Position numbers and translations under genes: made by a program
Assembly (NCBI GenBank): GCA_963707655.1
Contig: OY970172.1
Location: forward strand, 608,001 to 672,000
Length of the DNA: 64,000 nt
From: an uncultured bacterium
Lineage (GTDB): Bacteria; Babelota; Babeliae; Babelales; Vermiphilaceae
Direction of reading: 5' to 3'
The notes under the pieces: generated by a model
What the model was told of the DNA's origin: nothing
Seen by the model: only the letters and a program-made list of their open reading frames with translations
The model's database searches: none
Shown: piece after piece, positions 29,030 to 38,782 of the stretch
Layout of the letters: each line of letters starts with the position of its first letter
Numbering within the stretch: the stretch's first letter is position 1

Positions 29030-29881
29030 TTAATGCTGCCCGACATCGAAATCGCCGCGTTCATGTCGCAGAAAAAAATACAAGTCTTTACGGCTTGATA
29101 AATACGCGGTGTCTATAGGATTAGTTCTATAGTCAGTTGCATCGGCATGAGCATGAACATCTGCTCCATGCTCTAATAAAACATTCGCCACTGCTATTGA
29201 TTGCACAAAGTGCAAAGGAGTGTATCCTCCACAATCTTTATCTGTCGCGTTTGAGCCATGTTCGCACAGATAGCGCACCATTTCTTCATCATCTTGTTCT
29301 GTTGCGTAATGCAGTGGATACTTTTTTGCTGAGCTGGGCAGGGCGAGTGATATCTTCTTTTCCTCAACCAAGTAACCCAGCGCCGGCATATTTGCATGCA
29401 TTATTGCCCGCGCCACTGAATCGACAGATAATGGGCCGGGAATTTGTGCTTCTCCCAGCAAAAACCCCATAATCTTCCGATCGTGTTCATCAATGCCAAG
29501 GTCGGCAGATCTGTTTACCACATCCATTACTTTTATTTTCTGGCTATAAGAGAGCTTATCACTCTCAAGACTTTGGATAATAATATCTGATCGATAGGTA
29601 TAAGGACGGGTATCAGAGCGGCTATCGAGAGTCTTATTAATGTAATAAGTAGGACAACTTTTAAGAAACTCATTAACTAGGGCAAATTTTGGCTCTTTTA
29701 GGGCTAAGCACATGACGCAGCCCCGTTCGGCGAGCTTAACCAAAGAAGGTATATATCTTGCAGGTCCTATTGGCAGTTCTGTGGGTTCCGCGGCATGAGC
29801 GGCGGCTGTCAGCACTGCACTGAGCAGAAGACAGTTTTTTATGGTTGTCAGCACACGTTTTACCATGTTCATATAAAACAC
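29030..29881 (-). CDS. Secreted ankyrin repeat protein
   Basis: Signal peptide ending AHA-AEP; YPLHYA, GYTPLH, LLEHGADV. Confidence 0.85.
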   Translation of the reverse strand: MFYMNMVKRVLTTIKNCLLLSAVLTAAAHAAEPTELPIGPARYIPSLVKLAERGCVMCLALKEPKFALVNEFLKSCPTYYINKTLDSRSDTRPYTYRSDIIIQSLESDKLSYSQKIKVMDVVNRSADLGIDEHDRKIMGFLLGEAQIPGPLSVDSVARAIMHANMPALGYLVEEKKISLALPSSAKKYPLHYATEQDDEEMVRYLCEHGSNATDKDCGGYTPLHFVQSIAVANVLLEHGADVHAHADATDYRTNPIDTAYLSSRKDLYFFLRHERGDFDVGQH

Positions 29882-29971
29882 TCCCGATAATAACCCATCG
29901 ACGATAGCCTACTCTTGTGATATAATGGCACTAAAATAAGATAAAAACCAGAAAACAGATTATCAGCGCCC

Positions 29972-30904
29972 ATGGGAAAAATTTTACTTTTTTATAAATA
30001 CGTCGCTATTCAATATCCAAAGCAAGTCCTGAAATGGCAAACGCGCCTGTGCACTGAATTAGAGCTCAAAGGCCGCATAATTCTTGCTCACGAAGGAATC
30101 AATGCTACGCTTGGCGGAACAGCAGAAAACATTAACCGCTACAAAGCTGCTATGGAAAAACATCCCCTTTTTGGCTCCATAGATTTTAAAGAGAGCGATG
30201 GCGCAGCCAACTATTTTCCCCGTCTGCGCATTGTCATTAAAAATGAAATTGTTTATTTGGGTCTTGACCCTGCCCTGATTAAAGCAGAAGACGGTGGCAC
30301 TCACGTAACCCCCGCTCAGGCGCATCAGATGATGCAAGAAAAAGCTGAAAACCTGCTCATTCTTGACTGCCGCAACACCTATGAAACAACCGTCGGTACC
30401 TTTGTTGATGCAGTACGCCCCAACACTCAATATTTCAGAGAGTTTCCCGGTTATGTTGATACCAATGCCGATATGTTTAAAGGCAAGCAGGTGCTCATGG
30501 CCTGCACCGGTGGCATCCGCTGCGAACGCGCTTCAGCATACTTAAAATCAAAAGGCGTTGCTGAACAGGTATACCAGATTGAAGGGGGCATTCATCGTTA
30601 TATAGAGCAATTTCCTGATGGTCTATTTCGAGGAAAAAACTATGTTTTTGATGCCCGCGTCACCGTACAGGTCAATAATGATGTTTTGGGCTCCTGTGCT
30701 TTATGCCAAGCCCCTCATGATGAATATGCCAATTGCATGAATGCAAGCTGCAACAAACATTTTATCTGCTGCGCGTCATGTCTTGAAAAATATAAAGGCA
30801 GCTGCAGCCAGACATGCTTTGAACTTCTTGCGGCCAATAAAGTTGCTGCACGCCCTGCACGCATAAAAATTGAAAACACTCCTGAAAAAAGTTGTAATCT
30901 TTGA
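29972..30904 (+). CDS. trhO: tRNA uridine(34) hydroxylase, rhodanese-domain (YceA/TrhO)
   Basis: LFYKY, GRIILAHEGINAT, CTGGIRCE, GGIHRY, GKNYVFD, C-terminal Cys cluster. Confidence 0.9.
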   Translation: MGKILLFYKYVAIQYPKQVLKWQTRLCTELELKGRIILAHEGINATLGGTAENINRYKAAMEKHPLFGSIDFKESDGAANYFPRLRIVIKNEIVYLGLDPALIKAEDGGTHVTPAQAHQMMQEKAENLLILDCRNTYETTVGTFVDAVRPNTQYFREFPGYVDTNADMFKGKQVLMACTGGIRCERASAYLKSKGVAEQVYQIEGGIHRYIEQFPDGLFRGKNYVFDARVTVQVNNDVLGSCALCQAPHDEYANCMNASCNKHFICCASCLEKYKGSCSQTCFELLAANKVAARPARIKIENTPEKSCNL

Positions 30905-30905
30905 T

Positions 30906-31889
30906 ATGGAAAAACTGCACCAAAAAATAGCTGAGCCATTACATATCCCTCCCATTATTAGCAGACAAGTTTCTTTAAAAAATAAAAACTGGTTTAATAC
31001 CGGCGGGTCTGCGCAATTCTTTGCGCAACCAGCCAATGCTCAAGATTTTCAAGATGCTTTGCAGTTTGCTCACACGCAACAATTACCCATAACATTAATC
31101 GGACACGGCGCAAATGCACTTATTAATGATGCAGGCATTGCCGGGCTGGTGATTTCTCCCTCTCTTAACACACTACACATTGATTCTTACGACGATCAGC
31201 ACATGAGCGTGCATGCAGGAGCTGGCGTTTCTATGCATGATCTGATTGTTCATTGTCTGGAGCACAATCTTATTGGCCTTGAAGAATTCAGTGGCATTCC
31301 CGGCAGCGTAGGGGGCTCGGTGTACATTAATCTACATTATTTTGAATTTTTATTGGCTCAATTTCTGGTAACTGCGCAGGTTATTAATCGCCACACTGGC
31401 ACTGTACATGAAGTGGATACGAACTGGTTTAATTTTGGTTATAACTACTCAACGTTGCATGAGGGTAATCATTATCTTCTATCGGCAGCCTTTAAACTCA
31501 AAAAAGCAACTGATCTTGAAACCTCCCACGCGCAGGGAAGACGTGCAGAAATTATGCGCCACCGCTTTAAGCGCTATCCAACCAAAAATACCTGCGGCAG
31601 CTTTTTTAGAAATTTTCTTGACTCCGAAGTAACGCTCATGAGCGGCGGCAAAAAAATGATTTATGTTGCCTATTATCTTGATAAAATTGGAGTAAAAGGT
31701 GAACTGCGCGTTGGCGATGCACTCGTCTCGCACCAACATGCTAATATGCTGGTGAACCAAGGTGCCGCGACAACGGCCGATATTGTCAGCCTGGCGCGCA
31801 CCATGCAAGAGCTTGTTCGTGATCAATTTGGTCTTATTCCTCAGCCTGAGTGCCGCCTACTGGGATTTGAAGAGTATCCATTGCTCTGA
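30906..31889 (+). CDS. murB: UDP-N-acetylenolpyruvoylglucosamine reductase
   Basis: TGGSA, IGHGAN, GLEEFSGIPGSVGG, CGSFFRN, SHQHANMLVN. Confidence 0.92.
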   Translation: MEKLHQKIAEPLHIPPIISRQVSLKNKNWFNTGGSAQFFAQPANAQDFQDALQFAHTQQLPITLIGHGANALINDAGIAGLVISPSLNTLHIDSYDDQHMSVHAGAGVSMHDLIVHCLEHNLIGLEEFSGIPGSVGGSVYINLHYFEFLLAQFLVTAQVINRHTGTVHEVDTNWFNFGYNYSTLHEGNHYLLSAAFKLKKATDLETSHAQGRRAEIMRHRFKRYPTKNTCGSFFRNFLDSEVTLMSGGKKMIYVAYYLDKIGVKGELRVGDALVSHQHANMLVNQGAATTADIVSLARTMQELVRDQFGLIPQPECRLLGFEEYPLL

Positions 31890-31938
31890 GCGGCAGCAAA
31901 GAAAAACAACTTCACTGCCGCATATCTTACATCAACAA

Positions 31939-32112
31939 TTAAGATTTTTTGTTGCTATAACCAAAGATGAGGGAGATAACAAATAAAATAATAAATATCG
32001 CGAATAAGATTTTGGCTATATCAACTGAAAAATCAAATATACCGCCAAAACCCAGCACACCAGCTATTAAAGCAACTACCAAAAAGATAACTGCCCAACG
32101 TAAAAAATCCAT
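31939..32112 (-). CDS. DUF1328/UPF0391 small membrane protein (57 aa; absent from ORF track)
   Basis: MDFLRWAVIFLVVALIAGVLGFGGIFDFSVDIAKILFAIFIILFVISLIFG; AGGAG RBS. Confidence 0.88.
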   Translation of the reverse strand: MDFLRWAVIFLVVALIAGVLGFGGIFDFSVDIAKILFAIFIILFVISLIFGYSNKKS

Positions 32113-32138
32113 ATATGCTCCTTTTTAAAAATTCAACT

Positions 32139-32645
32139 TCAATTCTGTTCGTTTAATAGCTCAATACCATAATCAATAAAACGCTGTAAGAGTGCTCCAT
32201 TGCTGCTTGCTCTATTAAAAAGCTGCTCTTGCTCTGGTAGCGTTGCCGCATCGGCATATGTCTTCTTTGGTTCTTTTTTGACTTCAATGATCCCTAATGA
32301 TTCATCCAATCGCTGTTGAACTAAATCGAGCAGGGCTTGCAAATACTCAAGATTGTCCGCTAGTTTTAATAAAAGCTCACGTTGCATCTTAATAAGTTGC
32401 TTTTTAGTAATCTTCTTCTTTTCATACCGCGCAAGAAGCTCAACGCGTTCATTCAGCAAAGCTTTTCGGCGCAACTCTAGCTGATCTCTATTCGGCTTAA
32501 AAATATCGCCTGCTTTTTTCGCTGATTGAGAAATATTATTACTGAGAAGAACCTTGCTGCCAGAGTCTGATGATGAAGCTCTGTCATTATCTGAAGCACA
32601 CAATGGATAAAAACTCATTACTAAGACGATACATGTTTTTTTCAC
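32139..32645 (-). CDS. Hypothetical secreted coiled-coil protein
   Basis: GTG start with RBS; signal peptide ending LCA-SD. Confidence 0.65.
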   Translation of the reverse strand: MKKTCIVLVMSFYPLCASDNDRASSSDSGSKVLLSNNISQSAKKAGDIFKPNRDQLELRRKALLNERVELLARYEKKKITKKQLIKMQRELLLKLADNLEYLQALLDLVQQRLDESLGIIEVKKEPKKTYADAATLPEQEQLFNRASSNGALLQRFIDYGIELLNEQN

Positions 32646-32654
32646 TCTTGCTCC

Positions 32655-32822
32655 TTACAGCACAATATTAATGCCGATAAAAGCCAAGATGGCCAAAATC
32701 AAGAATATGGCAAAAATAGCTTTTGCTGCTGTTGATGCTGCGCCGGAAACATTGGTGAACCCAAATAAGCCAGAAACAACCGCGATAACCAAAAACAACA
32801 ATCCCCATTGCAATAAACTCAT
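32655..32822 (-). CDS. DUF1328/UPF0391 small membrane protein, second copy (55 aa; absent from ORF track)
   Basis: MSLLQWGLLFLVIAVVSGLFGFTNVSGAASTAAKAIFAIFLILAIL; AAGGAG RBS. Confidence 0.85.
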   Translation of the reverse strand: MSLLQWGLLFLVIAVVSGLFGFTNVSGAASTAAKAIFAIFLILAILAFIGINIVL

Positions 32823-32906
32823 ATCTTCTCCTTAGTAAATAAATACATTAGACTTACTTATAATTAAGCAAGATAGTTACCTTAAAAGCAATACTTTAAA
32901 AGCACT

Positions 32907-33575
32907 ATGAATGAATTAATCTTTATCATCCACACCCTGCTCATCAGCACATGCGCCGTCATCGCGCTCCGTTTTGGCAAAGAAGCGCTGATAGCCTTTA
33001 TTTGCGTACAAAATATTTTGGCGAATCTTTTTGTGATAAAACCAATTACGCTGCTTGGGTTAACCGCTACCGGTGCAGATGCTTTTACCATAGGCGCTGT
33101 CTTTGGCTTCCACCTACTCCAAGAATTTTATGGCCCAGAGCTTACTAAAAAAGTAATTCTGATCAGCTTTGGTCTTCTGTTCTTCTATATCATTGTCGGC
33201 CAAATCCATCTCATGTACACTCCTGCGCTCTTCGACACTACACAACAACACTTTGCGGCGCTCCTGGGCTTTATGCCACGCATTGCTGCCGCATCATTGG
33301 CTTCATATTTAGTTGCGCAACAATTTGACTGGCTTTTATATGAAAAATTGCGTGCGTTATTTGCGGGTAACTATTTACCCCTGCGTAATTATCTCTGTGC
33401 CGCTACTTCACAATTGTTGGACACCGTTCTTTTTAGCCTGCTCGGGCTGTGGGGGATTATCGATAACATTGGTCAAGTTATTATTATCAGTTACTTCATA
33501 AAGCTCACCGCACTCGCTCTGACAACCCCATTCTTATTACTGGTCAGAAAAATGAAAAGCTCCCGATCAGCATAG
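32907..33575 (+). CDS. yhhQ: Queuosine precursor transporter (YhhQ/VUT family)
   Basis: ANLFVIK, QEFYG, PRIAAASLASYLVAQQFD, LRN...SQLLDTVLF. Confidence 0.88.
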   Translation: MNELIFIIHTLLISTCAVIALRFGKEALIAFICVQNILANLFVIKPITLLGLTATGADAFTIGAVFGFHLLQEFYGPELTKKVILISFGLLFFYIIVGQIHLMYTPALFDTTQQHFAALLGFMPRIAAASLASYLVAQQFDWLLYEKLRALFAGNYLPLRNYLCAATSQLLDTVLFSLLGLWGIIDNIGQVIIISYFIKLTALALTTPFLLLVRKMKSSRSA

Positions 33576-33615
33576 AGAAAAAATAGTTGCTTCGACCCGA
33601 ATACCCTCATTCGAA

Positions 33616-33643
33616 TTGACAGATAGACAATAAATGGTATCCT
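33616..33643 (+). promoter_or_regulatory. Putative sigma70 promoter
   Basis: TTGACA-16 bp-TATCCT. Confidence 0.55.
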
Positions 33644-33689
33644 TGAAGTAGGATGAAAGTTAACTACTCACCGAAGAAAAAGGATATCT

Positions 33690-34256
33690 ATGAAAAAATT
33701 ATTACTATTATTACCCGTTATGATCAGCCAATGCGCTTTTGGTATGGACCAAACAACATATAACCCATTCATTAAAACTGAAAAAGATAATCGCGTGTAT
33801 AATCCATCACTGCGTGATGCGGCCAATAGCCAAGCTCGCGAGAATACATTATTTGCCACTGGTTTTGCCGGTATCGGCGCCTTGGGCAATAGAATGCTTG
33901 ATCAGGCCTGCAGAACAGTACAGGGATCACACGTTAAACCGATTATGGCATCTACCAAATGGCTCATACCCGGATGCGCATGCGCTGCAATTGCCCATGC
34001 AAACTCTTTGACGGTGAACGATGAAACAGGAACAAAAGAACGTTTATACAAAACTATAGTGCCATTTACCGCACTGGGCGCTGGCTACTATGCAGCAAAA
34101 AGCATTACCAGTCGTGCAGTAAGCAAGGTAGGCGCAGCTCCATTGTTGTGCGCTGCCTATGCGGGATTAAGCGGAATAAGCTTGTTTGAAATCTGGCATC
34201 AAAATCATTTAGAAAAGCCACAATCACACTGGTACAGCAAATATTTACCGTGGTAA
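33690..34256 (+). CDS. Hypothetical secreted/membrane protein
   Basis: Signal peptide ending AFG-MDQ; Gly/Ala-rich hydrophobic segments. Confidence 0.7.
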   Translation: MKKLLLLLPVMISQCAFGMDQTTYNPFIKTEKDNRVYNPSLRDAANSQARENTLFATGFAGIGALGNRMLDQACRTVQGSHVKPIMASTKWLIPGCACAAIAHANSLTVNDETGTKERLYKTIVPFTALGAGYYAAKSITSRAVSKVGAAPLLCAAYAGLSGISLFEIWHQNHLEKPQSHWYSKYLPW

Positions 34257-34265
34257 AAAATATAT

Positions 34266-34298
34266 AAAAAAGGGGGGATTTAATTCCCCCCCTTTTTT
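34266..34298. terminator. Intrinsic terminator
   Basis: AAAAAAGGGGGGA...TCCCCCCCTTTTTT. Confidence 0.85.
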
Positions 34299-34448
34299 AT
34301 AGTGCCTATCTCTTTTGACCACACAACGGCAAAACGGCATACCCCTTTTCACCACTGTTCCGATTTAATCAATGCTTTCAAACCATTTTCCCTTGAAAAA
34401 CAACACTGATACTCTTTATACTTAATAGAGAAATGAGGGGAAACAAAT

Positions 34449-35528
34449 ATGGCTATTATCAAAAAAATAATTGTAGTATATTTTACCCTGTTTTTACCAA
34501 CACAGGCGCACATCTTTGAAGCAGAAAAATGGGTAAGTTCAGATTCAAAGCAAACAATCTCCCTCTTGGGTGATTATCATCTTGCTGAAAATAAAGAAAA
34601 TCAAGTGAATGATACGCAGCAAGATATTGTTATTGAAGTTGCTAAGCGTTTGAATGCAGCCCTCATTCTTGAAGATGGCAAAACAGATATTGTGGCATTT
34701 AAAAAAGATCCATTGCATTACGACCGCAATACCTATTGTGAATTTGTTATTGATAATCCTACTAAAACCACTTTATTGCTCGGCTTCACCCAACGCTGCC
34801 AAGAAGAAGGCATTACCGTTAACAACGTAGAGTTCCGCTTTCCTGATTTATTAACTTCTACGCAACTACTTATGCAAAAATTAGAACAAGTAAAACAAAA
34901 AATTTCTTCATACGATGACGGTCCTGTCTTGAATAGCTATTATCGCGCCAAGCTGCAGGAATTATACGATTTCGTTGAAAAGCCATGTAAAAAGCTCTTT
35001 GCGCAACTCAAACAGAGCGGAGCAAATCTTACCCTGACAGAGCCAACAATTCGTTATCACCATTCATATAATCGCGCATTAGATTATCTGTGGGAGCAGA
35101 ATAGGCTGTGTCTGCGAGATGATACAAAGTTAAATAAAATTCATTATATTATCACGGGCCTGGAAGCAAAGCTTTTAGATCTTGAAATCTTGCACGCAAT
35201 TGCCGAGCAAAAAAATTGTCCTCATATTATTATTTGCGCTGGGGCCTCACATCTTAATAGCATAAAACCGGCGCTTGAAGTCTTAGGGTTTACTCGCACG
35301 CACACTAATAATCCCGCTGAACAAACATGCAGCCTCAATGGCACCTATATTGAACCGCAAGCGATTAATGTTGAAAACACGTTAAATGCTTTTTATAAAA
35401 ATGAGAGAATTACAAGTCAAAACCAAGAAGTCCCATCAACCGATTTCTCTTCCATTATTGTAGGCGCGCTGCTTTTATTGGTAGGTATAGCTGGTTCAAT
35501 CGCCGTAATACGAAACTTAAAGTTATAA
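34449..35528 (+). CDS. Secreted, C-terminally anchored protein, paralog family A
   Basis: Signal peptide; GDYH, ILEDG, NVEFR, DLEILHAI, CAGASH; C-terminal TM. Confidence 0.8.
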   Translation: MAIIKKIIVVYFTLFLPTQAHIFEAEKWVSSDSKQTISLLGDYHLAENKENQVNDTQQDIVIEVAKRLNAALILEDGKTDIVAFKKDPLHYDRNTYCEFVIDNPTKTTLLLGFTQRCQEEGITVNNVEFRFPDLLTSTQLLMQKLEQVKQKISSYDDGPVLNSYYRAKLQELYDFVEKPCKKLFAQLKQSGANLTLTEPTIRYHHSYNRALDYLWEQNRLCLRDDTKLNKIHYIITGLEAKLLDLEILHAIAEQKNCPHIIICAGASHLNSIKPALEVLGFTRTHTNNPAEQTCSLNGTYIEPQAINVENTLNAFYKNERITSQNQEVPSTDFSSIIVGALLLLVGIAGSIAVIRNLKL

Positions 35529-35634
35529 ATCTCAAATCTCACTAATCCCCCAACAAGGAAAAATGGCTTCTCCCATCTTTAAAAAAACGGATGAAAACAT
35601 TCTCCTAATCGTTCATTTCGGCATTCCCCTCAAA

Positions 35635-35662
35635 TTGACAAATAGAAAGCTTTTGTTATACT
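35635..35662 (+). promoter_or_regulatory. Putative sigma70 promoter
   Basis: TTGACA-16 bp-TATACT. Confidence 0.6.
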
Positions 35663-35724
35663 TATAATAAGTAAAAAACAGAGATTAAATGGGCTTTTAC
35701 CCATTACAATCAATGGAGGCTTTT

Positions 35725-36792
35725 ATGAATACAATTAAAAAATTATCCCTTTTTGCCCTTACCCTTTTTTCATTCGCCCAAGGTCACATATTTGAAGCTG
35801 AAAAATGGGTAAATCAATCAAATCAAACTGTTTCCCTTTTTGGTGATTACCACGTTGCTGAAAATGAAGAAAACCAAGTGAATGATGTACAACAAGCCGC
35901 TCTTATTGATATCGCAAAAAATTTGAATGCTACCATCATCGTAGAAGATGGTTATTCAAATGGGGCAGAATTAAAACAAGATCCGCTTAATTATGATTAT
36001 AATAAATACCGCAAATTCGAAGTGGATAATCCACACGAGATAACTTTGTTGGCAGGATTTACCGGTCGCTGTAAAGAAGAGGGTGTCAAAGTTAACAACA
36101 TTGAATTCCGTTTTCCCCCTTTAGCAACATCGGCACACATGATCATGGCAAAGATAGAGCAAATAAAACAAAAAATAACAACCTATAATGACAACGCATT
36201 GAATGATTATTATAAACGCAAGCTGGAAGAATTACGCACAGAAGTAGAAATACCTTGCGCATCATTACTCAATGAACTTAAAAATTCTTATGCCAATTTA
36301 GAAGAATCATGTCATAAAATTCATTATAAAAAAGAATATGACCAGGCATTGTACCATTTATGGGGCCACGCCGCATTCGCTGACATGTATGATAAAGTTA
36401 ACCATATTATTATCGGTTATGAAGCGCGTCTTGTTGATCTTGAAATCTTACATGCGATTGCGCAACAAAACAGCCACGCAATTATTTGCGCCGGTGCCGG
36501 CCACTTAAACCGTATCAAACCGGCATTGAAAGAAATTGGTTTTGCGAGTGTAAAGAGCATGGGCGAACAACATATAGGAAACGCTCCTGAACCGCGCGCA
36601 TTGAATATTACTCAAACAGTTGATGCTTTTTATAGTGCTGATGAAATGGCTACGGCCCAACAGCAGGCCAACGCGTTAAAATATTTCACCCCTATAGCTC
36701 TAGTGCTTTGTGTGCTGTTAGTTATAGCCACGCTCGGTGCATTGGTAGTAGTCAGACACGCGCGCACGCGAACACAAATACAATCATTGTAA
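35725..36792 (+). CDS. Secreted, C-terminally anchored protein, paralog family A (tandem duplicate)
   Basis: HIFEAEKWV, GDYHVAENEENQVND, CAGAGH; close paralog of 34449. Confidence 0.8.
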   Translation: MNTIKKLSLFALTLFSFAQGHIFEAEKWVNQSNQTVSLFGDYHVAENEENQVNDVQQAALIDIAKNLNATIIVEDGYSNGAELKQDPLNYDYNKYRKFEVDNPHEITLLAGFTGRCKEEGVKVNNIEFRFPPLATSAHMIMAKIEQIKQKITTYNDNALNDYYKRKLEELRTEVEIPCASLLNELKNSYANLEESCHKIHYKKEYDQALYHLWGHAAFADMYDKVNHIIIGYEARLVDLEILHAIAQQNSHAIICAGAGHLNRIKPALKEIGFASVKSMGEQHIGNAPEPRALNITQTVDAFYSADEMATAQQQANALKYFTPIALVLCVLLVIATLGALVVVRHARTRTQIQSL

Positions 36793-36805
36793 TTAAGGAA
36801 AAACC

Positions 36806-37798
36806 ATGAACTTTAAATCAATCCAGCCGACGCTTATCCGGGCCTTCAGGCTCGGCAAGCTATGGCGGACAAAAATAATCGCCGCTTTATTGCTCGCAAC
36901 GACAGCAGCAACAGTTCACGGCAGTGAATTAATTAAGCCAACCAGCGGATTATGCCTCAATGGCTGGTACAATAAATTAACGAGCACAAAGACTGATGTT
37001 GATAATTTTTTCGAGAAAAAATATACCCCCTATTTGGGCGGCATGGTTTCATGGGAAAGTGACGAACTCAAAGAGTTCCAGCTCAGCGTAAAAGAACCCA
37101 AGAAATGGGCCGGTCATGTGCTCAAATACCTTAATGATAGTGCAGGTTCAAAAGATTCGCAGAAGCCCACAGAGCTCAAAGAGCTTAATTTTGCCAGCGG
37201 CGCAACGCGAAATATTAACGTGCCCGATACTAGACCTTCTCTGTTAAGCAGAGCAGCCAATTATATGTTCTCAACGATCAAATCAGATTTAGGCTATGGC
37301 CCGCGATCTTTTAAGCAGTCAGGCTGGCTTATGCATGGAGTAAAGCAAGTTGCAACAGCTGCACGACTTTTGGCGTACAAACGAGCTATTAATGCAATTT
37401 TTATATCCGCCTTAGCAACATCCGGCTACGGAAATGTCATAACTGAAAACTTAAATAAAACATCACAATTTAAGCCAATGTCATTAGCGCTCTTGGTTAC
37501 GGCGGCAGTCCTTATCTCTCCGCCACTGGAGGAAGGGATATTTACGCATGCCACAGCACCAATGCTGTCGTATGTGGGTGGAGAACGCCTTGGAAGAATA
37601 ATAACTCCCCTGCTATTTGGAGCGATGCATTATCATGAGAATCCAATCAGGTGGGCATTCCACGTAGCACAGTTGGCGCCCTTATCTTATCTCAATATTT
37701 CACACCTGCAGCAAAATCCTGACAATATTTTGGTACCCACATTGCACCACATGATGCATAATGCTTTAGCGATGTGGCAGATCTACGGAAATAAGTAA
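36806..37798 (+). CDS. CPBP/Abi (CAAX protease-like) intramembrane metalloprotease domain protein
   Basis: PPLEEGIF, LLFGAMH, HHMMHN motifs in the C-terminal region. Confidence 0.75.
   Translation: MNFKSIQPTLIRAFRLGKLWRTKIIAALLLATTAATVHGSELIKPTSGLCLNGWYNKLTSTKTDVDNFFEKKYTPYLGGMVSWESDELKEFQLSVKEPKKWAGHVLKYLNDSAGSKDSQKPTELKELNFASGATRNINVPDTRPSLLSRAANYMFSTIKSDLGYGPRSFKQSGWLMHGVKQVATAARLLAYKRAINAIFISALATSGYGNVITENLNKTSQFKPMSLALLVTAAVLISPPLEEGIFTHATAPMLSYVGGERLGRIITPLLFGAMHYHENPIRWAFHVAQLAPLSYLNISHLQQNPDNILVPTLHHMMHNALAMWQIYGNK
36821..36870. repeat. Palindromic element, in-frame copy within a CDS
   Basis: ATCCAGCCGACGCTTATCCGGGCCTTCAGGCTCGGCAAGCTATGGCGGAC; homologous to 14941-14991. Confidence 0.8.
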
Positions 37799-37813
37799 AT
37801 CACTATGAAATTT

Positions 37814-37846
37814 AAATGGCGGGCCTACAGTGCCCGCCATTTTTTT
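37814..37846 (+). terminator. Intrinsic terminator
   Basis: AAATGGCGGGC-7 nt-GCCCGCCATTTTTTT. Confidence 0.88.
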
Positions 37847-37986
37847 GTGCTTTAATGTAACTCTTTCTATGAGCAATGCCGGCAATTCATAATTCATTGA
37901 CCACAGGCAAAAATACCTGGTACAATGAGCGCTCAACACAATGGTGATGATACAAATTAACTAATTTAAGCCATAGGGGCCAGTTA

Positions 37987-38778
37987 ATGAATTCAAAAAC
38001 TATCACCGCTTTCTTTCTCGCAATAACTGCAGCGACTGCCCGTGGCAGCGAACTAGCCAACGAAAAACTTTCTGCGATTGAACAAAAGTGGATGAATTGG
38101 GCAAATGCACGCGTTGAAGAGGAAAAAGATACATTTTTATCTCTCTACAATCTCAATCGCTCCCATTTAAACAATCAAGAAGCCATCATGGGCATAAGAA
38201 GTTCTCTCGACCAAATGATTGAAGATATGATTAACGCTTACGATACAGAAGAAAAATCAGCCATAAAAACAGAAGTCGAAACAATACAAAAAATTGCCAA
38301 TGCAATTTTTATTGGACCTCAGTGTGCGTGTGTGAAAATTTTATCCGATGATACGTTTGAATATGGGGATGTAGCAACAATGCAGCATTACTCACAGAAA
38401 GAATGCTACGTCGTATTAAACGCCTCAAAACACAGCGATAATATGGCTGAACTTGAAGCAATATTGCGGCATGAGTACAGCCATATTGTACATGAAGATA
38501 ATTTCCATCATGAGATGCTACGATGTGCTGCATGGGTCAACTCACAAGATGCGCATGAAGAGGTAGCAGAAAAAAGCGCTTCTTTCCATCAGGCTTATGA
38601 AATAAGAGCCGACGTGTATGCTGTAATGAATTCAGCTGATCATGGCAATGGTTTGATTGCTTCTTTAAAGAAAATTGCTGAAGAAGAAGAGCAAACTCAT
38701 CCTAAAACAAACGAGCGTATTGCCTTATTAGAAAAAATTAAATCAGAATGCGCCGCGGCACAAGAAACATCGCTATAA
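37987..38778 (+). CDS. Secreted M48-like zinc metalloprotease
   Basis: ILRHEYSH, EIRAD, THPKTNERI. Confidence 0.8.
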   Translation: MNSKTITAFFLAITAATARGSELANEKLSAIEQKWMNWANARVEEEKDTFLSLYNLNRSHLNNQEAIMGIRSSLDQMIEDMINAYDTEEKSAIKTEVETIQKIANAIFIGPQCACVKILSDDTFEYGDVATMQHYSQKECYVVLNASKHSDNMAELEAILRHEYSHIVHEDNFHHEMLRCAAWVNSQDAHEEVAEKSASFHQAYEIRADVYAVMNSADHGNGLIASLKKIAEEEEQTHPKTNERIALLEKIKSECAAAQETSL

Positions 38779-38782
38779 TTTT

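Noticed and set aside
36806..37798. CPBP/Abi protein as a phage abortive-infection system
   Set aside because: The Abi label for CPBP proteases is historical, and there is no defence-island context here
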